From the NCBI GenBank assembly GCA_050084985.1, contig JBITNC010000001.1, positions 17,484,001 to 17,548,000 of the forward strand: a stretch of DNA of 64,000 nucleotides, read 5' to 3'. A model generated the notes under the pieces. It searched no databases, had not been told where the DNA came from, and saw nothing but the letters and a program-made list of their open reading frames with translations. A program made the translations under genes and the position numbers. This document shows positions 1 through 14,030 of the stretch, piece by piece (within the stretch, counting starts at the first letter, position 1; each line of letters begins with the position of its first letter). The DNA comes from Nageia nagi. Lineage: Eukaryota; Plantae; Pinophyta.

Positions 1-199
1 TCAACAATTATATCCTCTACAACTCTTACAAATTTAGGTAATCAACTACACAAAGTTTTACTCAAATAAAACTCATACCCATCACCAAATCACTCATCCT
101 CTCAATAGAAAAGTAAAATCTTTAGCAAATAATTTCAACTATGTAGTTCAAACCTAAATGAATTGATATCATGATATCTTGTATTTATACATCTGATTT

Positions 200-2300
200 G
201 AAATATTTGAAATACTTGATACCATGGATAAGTGGAAATGTATGTCCATCATTCGATCAAATCCCACTATCTATGGTTCACAATAGTCCATTCTCGATCT
301 AAGTCATAGATCATAACACCATTGCAATAATAACAAATTATATATATATATATATATATATAATTTGAAGGCATACATTAGGCCAATGCCTATTCTAAAT
401 AAGGAAGTACCTTGTAAACATTTATTAGCTAGTAGGCATACACTCCTAGAAAAATAAAATTAGGATGTACATAGTAGATGTGGGATCACCTTAGTAGCCA
501 AATCCAAAATTTGAGATCCAAGATTTTAGCCATTTGGCTACTAGTTCATCGCTACTATTTTCCTCTATTATTACATTATGATCACCTCCTAACTCCAAAC
601 TTCATACCTTATGTCTTGGAGTAGGTCTCCTATAATTGTAGTGAACTAATAGCTCATCACCAACATTAAGAGTTTTAATAGGAATAACAACTATATAACC
701 ACTCATTTGTCTACTCATGAAGTCTTCTTTATCATTAGTACATTAGTGAAATTCACAATTTGGTTCTCATTCTTAACCTACATAATTGTTTATGTATCTT
801 GTTATATTTCCTTGTATTTTTAGTCGACCATCAATGTATAAGAATTTTGAATGCTTTGGACATGGAATGTTGGGAGCATTTGCACATAATCTATATGTGG
901 ACATATTGTACATATATGATGCTAATTATTTCCAATTCATGCTATGTAAACTAGCCCATAAAATGGAATCAATGGCTTTGTCTCAGAACCTAGAGTAACA
1001 AACACAATACTATGTATAAACAAATAGTGTCTAGAGCACTTTTCATATAGTTTGATCATGTATCAATGACCACAATAAGGAAAGATCTTATAAGCCTTTG
1101 GAAAAGGAATTTTAGCTAGCCATGTACCATATACCCCACAATCATATGTATGTTGATATTTAAGTTTTAGCTTTTATGGCATGTGCATCAAACCAAAATC
1201 ATGAACATCCTCCTTTGGTATATCAATTAGATCCTCATGTGCACTAGAACATGCATCCACTAATAATTGATGAATTCAGTTTTAAAATCTTGTTCTTGCA
1301 GATATCTCTCTAATTTCATCTGATGGACCTACACATTATTTTAGTTTCATTTGTTGGATCTACATATTGATTTTATTTATTTTTATTTTATTTTTTTCAA
1401 TATATAAGAATACAAAAATCAATTCAAATTATAATCCTAATTAATTACCTCATGGGCATCATCATCTTCTGATGACGAGGATGACTCATTGATCCTTTAC
1501 ATATTTTGTTCCTGCAACATTAGTAATAAAATAAAATTAAATATTGCAAATAATATCATGAAAGTGAGAATTTAAATGATCTTATATTAAAACATCATAT
1601 GTAATAACATTTAGCTTACCTCATCCTCATAGGATGAAACATCACTCCTCCTTAAAGGACCTATAAGAAATATCTAAGGCTTTGAATTAGAGGACACATC
1701 ACTCCTTGAACTTTGAGTAATTAGTGCAGAAAACTCTTCTGAATTAGATGACTTATCACTCCTTGGCCTCCTAATAATTGGTATATGAAACTCTTATGAA
1801 TCATATGACACATCACTCCTAAAAACTCTCTGATGCTGAGGTAATGGTATTTTAATATCTAAATCTGATGACACACCACTTCTTCCATACCTTGACATAA
1901 TGATATAAGCCAAGTCACTAACTTGTTTTACAATTTAAACAAAAAAAAGAGATTAGTACACCAATAGTATCAAAGTAGAAAATTACAAGATCCTAAATTA
2001 TAAGATCCTAAAATATGAATATAAATGATTAGATTCTTCAAAATAAATTCAAAGCTAGAAAAATATATAACTATTCAAACAATCCAAAACATTTCAATAA
2101 AACTTTAAGCTATGAAAGAAAAATAATTCTACCCTTATAAATCACATCATGCAATGAAAAAGATTTCAAATCATGACATTCATATCCCTAAAGATGAAAA
2201 ATCCACTTTTTTGCATTGCTTCCTATAAAGCTTCCTCCTCTCTGATCCCATATATTCTACTCTTGCAAATGGCCTTAATCCAAAAGGGTATTTATAGTTT
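200..2300 (-). pseudogene. Decayed spliced gene relic, probably transposon-borne (possible Ulp1-like peptidase motif)
   Basis: Minus-strand splice-like signals (acceptor ~1512, donor ~1617), a degenerate ~60-bp repeat (gacacatcactcct) at 1630-1890, and QHTYDCGVY at 1155-1129 resembling the Ulp1/C48 catalytic QxxxxDCG motif. No long ORF. Confidence 0.3.
338..362. repeat. (TA)n microsatellite
   Basis: Run of TA dinucleotides seen directly. Confidence 0.9.
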
Positions 2301-3764
2301 TTATACTAGGCATAAATGCCTAGTGTTTCTCTAATGTAAATGAAATAAAATTAAAATTATACTGAAATTACATTTCACTTGTGCAAGCAAAAACTCTTCC
2401 TCATAGGAAGATAAGCTAATTATTAGACTCTTCACATGATCATACATTCATAATTTAACCATATTTGATATCAAGTCAATCTAGGATGAAATAGCTTGTT
2501 CGCACTAGAATGGAAATTTAACACCTCAAGGCAAAAGAGACATGCGATTTAGATTTAGAAGGTTGGGAAAGGTGTTTCCCACTTGGATCAACTCTTACAA
2601 GAAGTATATTGCTTTTGATGTTTTAAAATATTTAAGTCCTCAAAATGATGTGACTAAAAGGGGGTCGCATGTATTTGGTACCTCAATATGTTTAATACCA
2701 TCGTAGTATATGTTTTTATCCTCTTCACCTTTTAAATGCTATGTTTTGATATAGTTTGTTATAAGAAGCTCGCATGATGTGATCTTGATGAGATCAATTT
2801 CAAGTTTTGAACTTGGAAGGATCTTTTTAGTTTGCAATAAAAATAGGACTTAAACCCTTTTTAAGATTGTGACAAAGCTTGATCCTCTAATCCCCTAATT
2901 TGGTCCAACTAGAGAAATTGAGAAAAGAGATGTGAAATTGGATGGAATTTCTTATTCATAGGCAATCTATATTTGAATTGTTTTAGTTTTTATTCAATTT
3001 TAGAGAAACAATTGAAGTGTTTCATATTTCTTGTGTTATATCTAGGTATAAACTTTCCTAGACTGTGAAATTGGAGATGGCTCATTAAATCAACATTACA
3101 AAAAAGTAAACATAGAAAAAATATTAGTTTACATTCCTTTTCAAATGTTTATTTTATGTTTCCTATTTCTTGTCTTTGTGTGCTGCTGATAACATATGAT
3201 GTGACCATTTAGTGCTATAGTACAAAAGGGTCAAGCTTACGTATCCTATTTTCATGGTCAAGGCAAAGATTCCCAAAAGGGATAGGAAAAGGGAAAGGAC
3301 AAATAATAAGATCATTAGCAAAAGGTAAAATTGGATGAAAGTAATGAATCATATAATAATAATTCATGATAAGGGAAAGGGCATGGAAAAACACCAATTT
3401 ACTATGAATCCAAGTGTTAGAAGAAGATAGAACACTCGAACGAGTGTTCCAAGGAGCCTGAATGAAAGCATGGATCATAGAAAAATAATTATTCAAATAA
3501 TTCAAATACTTTAATAAAAACTATTATTAAAAGAGTTTACAATAAAACCTTAAAGCTAGCTCAAATAAGCTTACATTATATGAGACTATACTTGAGGAAT
3601 CGACATTTTGTCATTATTGATAAGTTAACTCAATACATTTTATCCTAACAACTAAAGTAATAGAAGATTTTGGAAAAACATGAGTCACCCATTAGAAAAT
3701 TATTGTAATGATAAAGCCAAAAATAGTAACTAACTATTAACCACTTATAACCTTAACTTTTAAA

Positions 3765-4086
3765 GGTCCTAACCCTAACCACTACTAACCCTAACTGCTA
3801 CTAACCCTAACCCTAACTACTAACCCTAACCCTAACCTTAACCATAAAATTTAATAAAATTAACACTAACCCTATATAATTAATACCTTAATTTTAATAT
3901 AATTTTATAAATATTTAAGTTTTATAAAAATTTAAACATATAAAAAATAAAGTTTTAAAAAATTGAAGTTTACAAATGTCTGAACTCAACCATGCCAATG
4001 GATGAATTGTAGCAATTTTAACCTTAACCCTAATTGCTAACCCTAACCCTAATCACTAACTCTAAAAATTATTATTTAACCTTAAT
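3765..4086 (+). repeat. Degenerate CCCTAA telomere-like hexamer tracts
   Basis: aaccctaaccctaa-type units at ~3765-3845 and ~4020-4086. Confidence 0.8.
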
Positions 4087-7000
4087 TTTTTTTGAAATAA
4101 TTATTTTGTGGAAGTAAATTTTGATTCAAAAAAGGATGCAAATTTGCATCCCTTTTTGCGTCAAATTACACTAGCAATTTGAAAATTAAAAAAGGGGGCC
4201 ACCTATCACTTTCCTCATAACTATTTCTAGGTTAGAGGGGGTTGAAATTTGATTTTTGAGTGGTAAAGCACCAAGTAAGTTGCCTTCTATATCATTTCAC
4301 TCAAATCTAACTCAATTTATAGCTCATTTCATTCGATTCTAACCTTTTTTGTTTTGCATGTTTACTCATAAGGTTTTGCATTTTGTGGTAGGAGAAGGGT
4401 TTCTAGCAATTTCCTCTCCATTATTCCAAATTTTCACAAGGCAAGTACATTTTTACTTGCATGTTTCAATTCCCCATGAATTTACACTATAGATGTTAGG
4501 GTTTTTTTTTTTATTTTAGATGGTTTTTAAATGCTTACTAATAAAAATTGGAACATAGCTATGAAATTATCAATAATGCACCATAAAATCAGAAATTAAA
4601 TCCATTCCTTCTCAAAAATGCACCATAAAATAAAAAATGCACCAATAAATTGAGATAAATTCTTAACAATGCACTATAAAATTAAATGCTGATAAAAATT
4701 GGTACATACCTATGCAATTCTCAACTTTGGAACTCTTCCTTGTTCTCCAAAAACTTGCTTCTTTTGCTTACAATTTTTGAAACTCTTCTTGTGCTCTGAA
4801 ATATTGCTTCTTTTGCTCATAATTTCCAAGACCTTGCTTCATATACTAAATTATATAAATCATAATTTAGTAAATTTGGTATTAAATTAATAATTTGAGG
4901 TGTGAAGCCTTTCTCATGTATTCCTATCAAATTATAATTCATCCTTTAATTGGATTATGTAAAATAAATTATTTTTTATTTTTTATATAAAATCATTATA
5001 GGATTTTTTCTATAATTTGAAATATTTATAAGTGTAAAAACAACTTTATAATGATTACTTTATAATATTTTATATTTACATTAATAGTCTTACTTGCTTT
5101 GGTTAAAGATTAATATAGAATCACTAATATTTTTAATCTTTTTGACATTCAAAGGTAGGTGATAATCTTGATATTTCATATGATAAAGGAAGGTAAATTT
5201 GAAGGATAAAGGGATAGGTACTCCTTATCATAAGAAAATAATAACTCTAGTACCTTCCCATTGTTCATATTTTTAACCATTAAAAAAAATTATATCAACA
5301 TCATCTTTAGTATTATACAAATATGAATTTTTCTAGTCTTTTTCATTATAGGTAACACATTTGATATCCACTTATGATAGTTAAATTATTTGAGGGCTTC
5401 CAAATCTATTGACATTGACATCAATGGTCTCTTTAATAATCATGTATAAATCATTATCCATTTATGATATGATTGATAAATAATTTAAATCATCTTTGTT
5501 AACATAATCAACGTCATTTGTTCTCCAAAATAGGCTTCAATATTTAGAATAAAGAGATAAGGTGTGTGATTTTTGTGGAGAAAAGTATACACTAACTCCA
5601 ATGTGATGAATAATTAATAACATCTTTTGCCAATTTTCTAATAAGATTCGGTTGGATACGTAAGGCATATGACTTGGCTACACATATTTTAATAACTCCC
5701 ATTGAATTTTGGAGATATGTGGCTTCGAATGGAGAACATCTAAGAAAAAAAAAAGTAACTTGTTTAAGGACCCACTTAATTTTCCTTACATAGAAAATTG
5801 GTAAAACATTGATAAAATTTAAATAAAATGCACAAGAAGAGATCCTTAATAGAAATCAAATAGATTTAGTTTATATGGCACTTTTTCAATTTTGGAGTTT
5901 TAGTTTGTTGATATAAGATATTGTTAGATCACTTCTTACAATGGATTATAATTGTTGTTTGTGTAAGTTATATGATAGTTTTATTTTTAGTTTTTCCAAA
6001 AATAATTATATGAGAGAAAAATATAATTTAATATTAAAGTGAGTGAATAAGTATATAGATAAAAATATTGGTCACAGGGGTTGGAAAATAAGAAAATTTC
6101 ATCTTTAAAAAAACTTAAACATAAGATCAAGAGGGTACTATTAATAATTAATTATGATATTTGATCAGAATTATTTGGAATAAAGTGCTTCTACTTGTCA
6201 TTCTTAACCAATGTAATAACATCAAGCTCTCATCCATGAATGAGAGCCAAACCATTTTGGTGATCTAAGTACCTTGTTTCCTCTTCTAAGTCAACATTTC
6301 TACTTAGATAAATGACCAAGGACTTATAAGAAAGGTCATTAAGGATATTCAACAAAGGGAATTGTTAAATGTGAGGATGGAGGATGCTTAGTAGGGTTTG
6401 TGTGATAGTACTAAAAACATCAAGAAAGGTCTCCAGGTGAAAAGTGTTAATGTGGGACTCTACTAACCATGCATGAAGTATTCTTGTAATGATATATTAG
6501 TATCTACAAATGATTCCTACTTGGAATAGGTGTTAAAGGTCAACATAAATATGGGAGAGGTTAATAACATCCTATTAAAGAATTTGTTTTTATTTAAACA
6601 AGTGAGTAAGTAGCATTTGCAAATGACTCTTAGGTCAACATAAATACAAGTATACATTCACTCTTTTTGTAATTTCCCCACATATTTAAACTTAGATGTA
6701 GAGTTTTGAACTTTGATTAATAAAATCTTGTATAGGGAGCTCACTAGCATCACATTTGATCATATTTGTTTGAAATGTATAAATTTTCTCCTAAGTTTTG
6801 AAATCATTATCTTAAACTAGAAAAGTATACTTAAATAATACAATTATAATTTTAAATATGCAATCATTATCCTAAACTAGAAAAGAAACACTCCTTATAC
6901 AAAAACTTTCAAATATGCTCCATAGTCATCATTTCCACTCATGTATACTAGTATGGAAAGTTTGTTGTATTCCTATATATTTTGGTATCCTTGGTTGGCT

Positions 7001-8879
7001 TAATTATTGATTATCATGAATGGAAATTTAATTTGTTGTATTCCTAAATTTTTTTCTTTTGTATGCATATTGAGTAGATCATTCATTGTTATGGATATAT
7101 TTTAGTGAATTATTGTAGAATGCAAATTAGATAGTCATTTTTTATTCTATAACATTAACATTAATAAAGTTTTGTTTAGTTTCTTCTAGTAAGCACCATT
7201 GACCACATATGGGATGCTAAAATAAGGGTAACAAATATCAAGCTAAGAGAAAGAAATCAAAATAAAAGGGTATGAATAAAGAGAAAGATGAAATTACAAA
7301 AAATTAAAAAACCCTTGTAAGTATCCATATGTATTATGTAATATCAACATAGGATCCAATCATACTATATATATTTCATTAAGTAAGATATGTAATTACT
7401 TATTTATTTAATTTGTTGAAAAAACAAAGAGGTTAAATTGGTTTTTATAAAATAATAAGCATATGTTTAGCCATGTCTAATTGATGAAAATGTTTAGGGG
7501 TGAGGAGGCTAGAGGAGCAGGTGGTTTTACCACACCGTAGAGATAGGAAAATGCTCCTTCATGTAATTATTTATAATTAGTTAATTTATTAATAAGTAGT
7601 GAAAAATTATTTTAATTTATATTTTGAAGCATATTATGATGTGATCCATGAAATATATGTATGTGCAGAGTCGGTAATCAATAATCTAGGTTGACAACAA
7701 CTCAAGGATCCAAAAATCTTCAGATTTTTGTGAGGTCAAATGGAGAGCTCTTGAAATATGAAAATGGTAATAGTTTATGTTTGAAAATTATAAATTTACA
7801 TATTTATTAGAAATATATTAATTTACTAACATGATTTCAACTATTTTTCAAGTTCACTCTTATATAAATCACTAAAGAATGCTGCAATACTAGAATTTGC
7901 AAAACCCCTTGATAAGTCATGGAAGAAGCAAGATTATTTTGGTATGTATTTGTTTTTATTATTTACATCATTTTTTGGCATGTATGTTTTCCTTTTTTCA
8001 TTAAATATTTTAAGATACTAAAACTAATTTGTTATAATTTGTATTTTTGCAAAAAAAACAATAGTAACAAATTTGAAACATGAATTTGGTGAAGGGTGGA
8101 GCGAGAAGAAAGTGCTCCAATAGGTAGGGTTGAATCTCAAGAGGGTTAGAGATCATGTGAGATGAAAAGTGATGAAAATTCTCCCTAACCAAAGAAACTT
8201 AGCAATGAAACCAATTGACATACATAAGAAGGTATGGAATATTATCATTGATATTTAATATTTGAACCTGATTAATTAAATTTTTTTAACATAATACTAA
8301 TTAATTATTTCATAAAAAGGTTTAGAATATGCTAATGAAGAAATTAATTGAGGCATATAAAAGGAAAGTGGAAGGCTTGGAGATGTCAGAAGAAAAAGCA
8401 ACAAAGTCCCAACTTGCCAAATTGGGATACAATATGATGCATCAGATGGGAAGTAGAGGGGGAAGTTTGTGGATATCCAATTTGTAAGTACATTTAGTGC
8501 ATGTGATTTTCAATGATATTTAATTATTGAAAATGAATAGATAAATGGTTTTTAACATATTACTAATTAATGTTTTTATAGTTGAGATATTTCAATCAGT
8601 TTCTTGATGATAAAAAATGATAATATGGCATCATATATGGTTAGCGAGCCCTGAGGGATAGGATGAATGATGACGTAAGTAATTACAATTATTTTATTTA
8701 ATAAATGCATACAAATTCCTTATAGGTGATGCATAATTTTTGTAATTTTGATTGTATGTACATCAACATTTATTTTCTTATTATTTGTAGGCACATGCAT
8801 CATAGGGTTAGGGTGCATCGTAGGAGGGTGATCCATCATCAAGGGATGCATATTTTAATGATTTTTTTATGATTATGAT

Positions 8880-9077
8880 GAGACAGCACCTAGTAAGGTA
8901 GCACCTAGTCATTGTAGTGGCTCAGGTAGTGAGTTAGATGGTACCTCAGGTGGTGGCTCAACTAGTGAGTCAGGTAGTGATTCAAGTGGTACCTCAAGTA
9001 GTGAGTTAGGTGGTGAGTCAGGTGGTGGCTCTTCAGGTAGTGAGTCATCTAGCAAGGAAGTTGATATTGAGGGCTAG
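8880..9077 (+). repeat. Gly/Ser-coding low-complexity tandem tract (caggtagtgag-like units) in the last exon relic of the CACTA-like element
   Basis: Repeated ggtagtgag/ggtggctca/ggtacctca units ending in TAG at ~9077. Confidence 0.55.
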
Positions 9078-12000
9078 TACTAAATACTCATGATGTGGAT
9101 ACCATTGTATCATTTTCAATATATTTTATGATGTGCATGTAATGATATAGACACGTATATCATTTTGGCATATTTTGATGTATAGATGCATATCATTTTG
9201 GTGTGTATATATATATCATTTTGGTATATTTTGATGTGGATGTTATCTTTATTTTGACATAAATGTTATCATTCTTATGTATATATAATTTTTTACATAT
9301 TTTAGTGTATTTTGGTATATTATTAGCATATTATTGGCATATTATTATAGCGTATTATTGATGTATTATTTTGGCATATTAATGAAATTCAAAAAAAACT
9401 ATTAAATATTTAAAATAAATTATTTTTTTAATTTTTCAACAAAATCTATGTAGTATTGAATTCAAAAAATAATGTGAGGGGATGTAAAAAGCTAAAAAAG
9501 ATGCAAATTCTGATGTAAAATAATGGAAAATATGGACATAAATAAAGAAATAACCCGATACAAAAAATTGATGTAAAAACTGACCAAAAAGGGACACAAA
9601 AATTGATACAACATGTGATATGTTATTTGTGTCGAAATTTACATCAAAATTTAGTGAAAAAAATAAAGGATTTGGATGCAAATTTCGATGTAAATCCTAG
9701 TATTTCTAGTACTGCTTTCTTCTCTCCTCTTCACTCTACCCCAATATTGCATTAAGGGGGAGTGTTGGAATGTATAATGCATATTGTAAGGTCTCTTCAT
9801 GTAAATTAACTAATACTTAAAAGTATTCCTAGATAACTTTTAAGTATTTGTGAATAAGATAATGTAATTTATCCTACACTCCATCTAATGAGCATGCCCC
9901 CTAGGTAAAAGGGTAATGCATGTCATGACATTGTACATTGGTTAAAAGGATGATCCAAAGGAGGATTTTATCCTATAAATAGAGGGTATCCCCTCTTGGT
10001 TATTCACTTAAGTTTGTAGCAAAGTTATCCTCTTGTTGTTGAAAATTATAATGCATTATTGTGTAATATCTCTCTTTAATATAAACCCAGAATGTAAATC
10101 CACTTAATGCTTAAAGTATCTCTAGATACCTTAAAGTATTAAGGGAATAAATATGGAAAAAGCTTTAACCTTACTCTTGGGTAAAAATATGGTTAAAGAG
10201 TAGGTTTCATCTTATAAATAGAGGGGTACCTCCCCTCTCATTGTACTTGTAGAAGCACAAAGATGCTAGTTTTATAGAGTTATAGGAATTCTCTTATATG
10301 AGCTTTGTAGAAGAATTCTTGAAAATTTGTAGGAGAGTTCTCTTGTGAGAAGTAATACAAGAGATAGTTCAAAATGGATTTACTCCCAAGGGTTGGAAGA
10401 ACAACTATACATTGTGTGTTCTCATTTATGTAAATAATTTGTTCGTAGTTAGATTTGTTGGAGAAGCTACAAGAGATCTGGCTTTATGGAATCCTTTAAT
10501 TCTATCAAGTGGTATTAGAGCAACCTTATGGTGATCTCCTTCAAGTGTCTACTTGGTGATCTTGAGATAACTCTTCTCAAATTTAAGGTATACCTATCTC
10601 CTAATCTTTTTTCAATTTTGTTTTGAAACTAAAAGCTAGATAGATCTACTATATTTTGTATGGGTAGATTGAAAATTTTGATAGATCTAATTTAAGGTTA
10701 GAATTTTTTTTTAACCTTCAATTTATTTAACCTTTTTTTTTAACTTTCAATTTGTTAGATCTAGTTAATATCTCTAATACTTGAGATTTATAATGATCAA
10801 TACTAACATCTTTTATCTTGAGAATAATGGGCTCAAATTTAAGGTAAAATTTTACCTTAGCTACATGTTAGTAGTATTTAAAAAATAGATCTAACATATG
10901 GTATATGGTTAGATTTTTTTAAATCTTGTGAAAATTAGCATATCTAATTTTTGTGCAAATGCTATTCGAGCATTTTTTTAGAATTAATTTATATTAATTC
11001 CTATTGCATTACAAGCTTTAATTTTTTTTTAAGTTTGTAATGAAATTACAATTAGCTCCAAAAATCATTGGTAGCTATACAAATTTAATAATACATTTTG
11101 TAGTTTTTTATACAAAAGAAATTGAATTTCTTTTATACATAATTTATTTTGTATTTTTTAAAAAAATTAGAATTAAAATACATAAAATATTATCTAATGA
11201 TTCTACAATTTAATTATTTCTTAAAAACCCATGTTCTTTCTAGAAATAATTAAATTGAAATCTAAAAATGCTAACCTAGCATGAAAACTACACGTGTGGC
11301 AACTATTGCAATTTAAATCCTATTATATGTAAAATAAAACCATGCTCTTTTTTTCATATGAACATGCATAGAATGCATATGCCCAGAAATGCTACAAACC
11401 CAACCATACTTCTTCAAACACCTTAATTCTCAGGTATGGTCAAAGGAGACAAAAAAAAACATAAATTGGATTTCTATGCATAGGAAGGTCATTTTGTTTT
11501 CTTTCAAGCTACCATGACTGTTTATTGAAGAGAAATAATTTTCTTGTTGGCTAGACAATTTTGAACAAATAAAAACTTGCAACAGATATGGCCGCCCCCC
11601 CTACCACATGCTTCGCCCTATTTTTCCTACACTAAAAAAACCCTTGTTCTTGCAATAAAATTAGATGAAGTTTTTTCATGTTGTGATATAAGAAGCTTAA
11701 TTTTTATTCTTGGAAATTTTTTAAGAAAAAGGTGGGGAGTTTAAGTTTAAAAAAATTTAAAATATTAATAATAAAAGTAGTATGGGTTACTTTTTAAAAA
11801 TTATGAGCTCATTTAAAGAAAAAAAATAGAATTTTAGCATCCTTTTTTTAAAAAATCTAAGCTCCTAACCATAATTCCTTTTTGGGCATATTTTGTTTCT
11901 ATATAAAAAAAAGGTGAGAGCATCTTTTAAAAAAGTAAAGGATTTTTTTTTAACCACATGGGTTGCCAATAGTAAAATGTTTTTTTTTTTTTTCTAAAAT

Positions 12001-12471
12001 GGGAGGAGCCTTTTACTCATGTGGTGATTTTTCATAAGAAAAAGGCACATGGGATTATTTTGGACATGTTTTTTAAAGGTAGCTTTTACAAACAAAGTCT
12101 TTAGCTTTTTAAAGAGATAAGTTTTTTTTTTTGAATTCTTTTTAAAAAGAGAGGTAATTTTTAAATTCGCTCATTTTAAATGAAGGTAATTATTGCATTT
12201 TTTTTTTTCAAAGGTGGATGATGAGTTGTTAACTCATACTTGCACATTTTTTCTTCCCTTAAATATTTGGTGCAAAATTTTATTCATGAGCATTAATAAA
12301 TGCAATTTTTAAGCTTATTCCTTATTAATTTGTAAGCTTACTCATTATTAATTTTTAAACTTACACCTATGAGAGGCCATGTGGAATTAAAAGGGAAAGT
12401 AGTGGAATGGATGGGCAATAATAAATGCAATTCTTTTTAACTCACTACTTATTAATTTATTTTCTTTTTAG

Positions 12472-12474
<3 letters not shown>

Positions 12475-12524
<50 letters not shown>
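12475..12524. repeat. (TA)n microsatellite inside the non-autonomous LTR element
   Basis: About 50-bp TA run. Confidence 0.9.
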
Positions 12525-12526
<2 letters not shown>

Positions 12527-13149
12527 TTTTTTTAAGTCTCACAAATAAAGTTAATTGGTCTTTTAATGTACTTTAGAAAAATTTATATTTTATCATAAGA
12601 CTATGTGAACATATTATAAAGCTAAATTTATTGCACATATATTAAGTATTATGCATAGGCTTTATTTTTTGAAAGTTATACTTTTATAAGTAAAGCTTAC
12701 ATTTATGATTTTTGAAGGGGGCATGTGACCTTAAGTGTAAATTTAATGAATGTTTAATGAGAATAGATGTTATTTAATGCTTATTTTTGCAATATCGATA
12801 AAGTAGTTTCAAATATGAAAATATTTCAAGTTAAAATTTGCAACCATTTTGTTTGGTTAAGTTTTGCAAAAATTTTGAAGGTAAGTTTTTTGCAAATTAT
12901 GGTTGCAATTTCAAATCAAATTACACTAATTTATAACTTTTGAAGCTAAAAATTTTAGCAATAATTATTTGATAATATCCAATACATTGTAAACCAATTT
13001 TTGCACACTTTAATGCAATTTTTTCTTATGTCATTTTCTAAATATTTTTAATGATAAAGAAAAGGGAGGAAGTTATATTAAATACTAATTATTGTGAATA
13101 TGCACAAGGTTAATTATTTTTGAATATACATAATACTGCTTGAATGTGC

Positions 13150-14030
13150 TAGTGTTTGAAGTAAAAATTTCTTTTAAACTATGATATGCATTATCCTTAT
13201 TGGTTGCAATGTTATGTAGATTTGTTGTGGATGTGCATAGTGTTTAAAGTGAAAATTTAAATAAAATTTTCTTTCAAACTATGATATACACTATCCTTAT
13301 TGGTTGACATATTGTTAAAATAGAAACTTGTTTATGAATTAATGCCACTATACTTTCATGATTGAAAAGTTTATCCATATTTATGAATTGATGCCTCTAT
13401 ATTTTCATATTTAGAAAGTTTATCTATGTAGATGGATTGTTTGCCACATTGATACTTGTTAGCAAGTTGTAGTGGATGGAATGGTTAAAAAGGTTCTCCC
13501 TTATCCATGACTACATTGTTGGAGTGGTTAAAAAGGTTCTTCCTTATCTATGACTACATTATTGGAGTGATTAAAAAAGTTCTCTCTTTTCCATGATCGC
13601 ATATTATTGGAGTGGTTAAAAAGGTTTACCTTTTTGTAAAATTACAATTGTTTGATAAAATTTGAATCCATGTTGATGGATTAATGCTACCAAATTTTAT
13701 CATATGCATTTTTACTAGTAGCATAGTCAAGTTGGCATTTTGTAGCTTATGCATCTTGACATGATAGTCAATATGGTATTTTATGGTTTGTCCTACATTT
13801 ATGCTACAATATTGTTGAAGAACTTAAACTTTCAAATCAACATGTTTGTAAATAGATAAGAACTTATGTATATGGATTATGCTTTGCCTTGTAAATCTTG
13901 ATTTAGCAGTTTGGTCAAGTAGGCATTTTTTGTGGTTTAAAAATCTTGACTTGATAATATAGTCAAGTTGTTATGCCTTATAAATCTTGACTTAGTGATT
14001 TAGTTAAGTTAGTATTTGATGGTTTGTGAC
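13150..14030 (+). repeat. Cluster of short tandem arrays in the 3' interior of the LTR element
   Basis: ~100-bp x2 (13150-13310), ~47-bp x2 (13330-13430), ~44-bp x3.5 (tggttaaaaaggttc...ttggag, 13482-13630), and ~40-bp degenerate units (tagtcaagtt...cttgac, 13720-14030). Confidence 0.8.

Larger units (their letters stand above)
3690..9711 (+). mobile_element. Degenerate CACTA (En/Spm)-like DNA transposon
   Basis: Right end TATTTCTAGTA (9701-9711) and candidate left end CATTAGAAA (3690) are each one transition from CACTAGAAA. GATGCAAA/GATGTAAA subterminal motifs occur at both ends (perfect palindrome GGATGCAAATTTGCATCC at 4134-4151; cluster 9480-9700). Exon-intron-like relics at 7100-9080 and tatcattttgg repeats at 9100-9380. 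A 3-bp TSD was not recovered, so the left boundary is uncertain. Confidence 0.55.
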
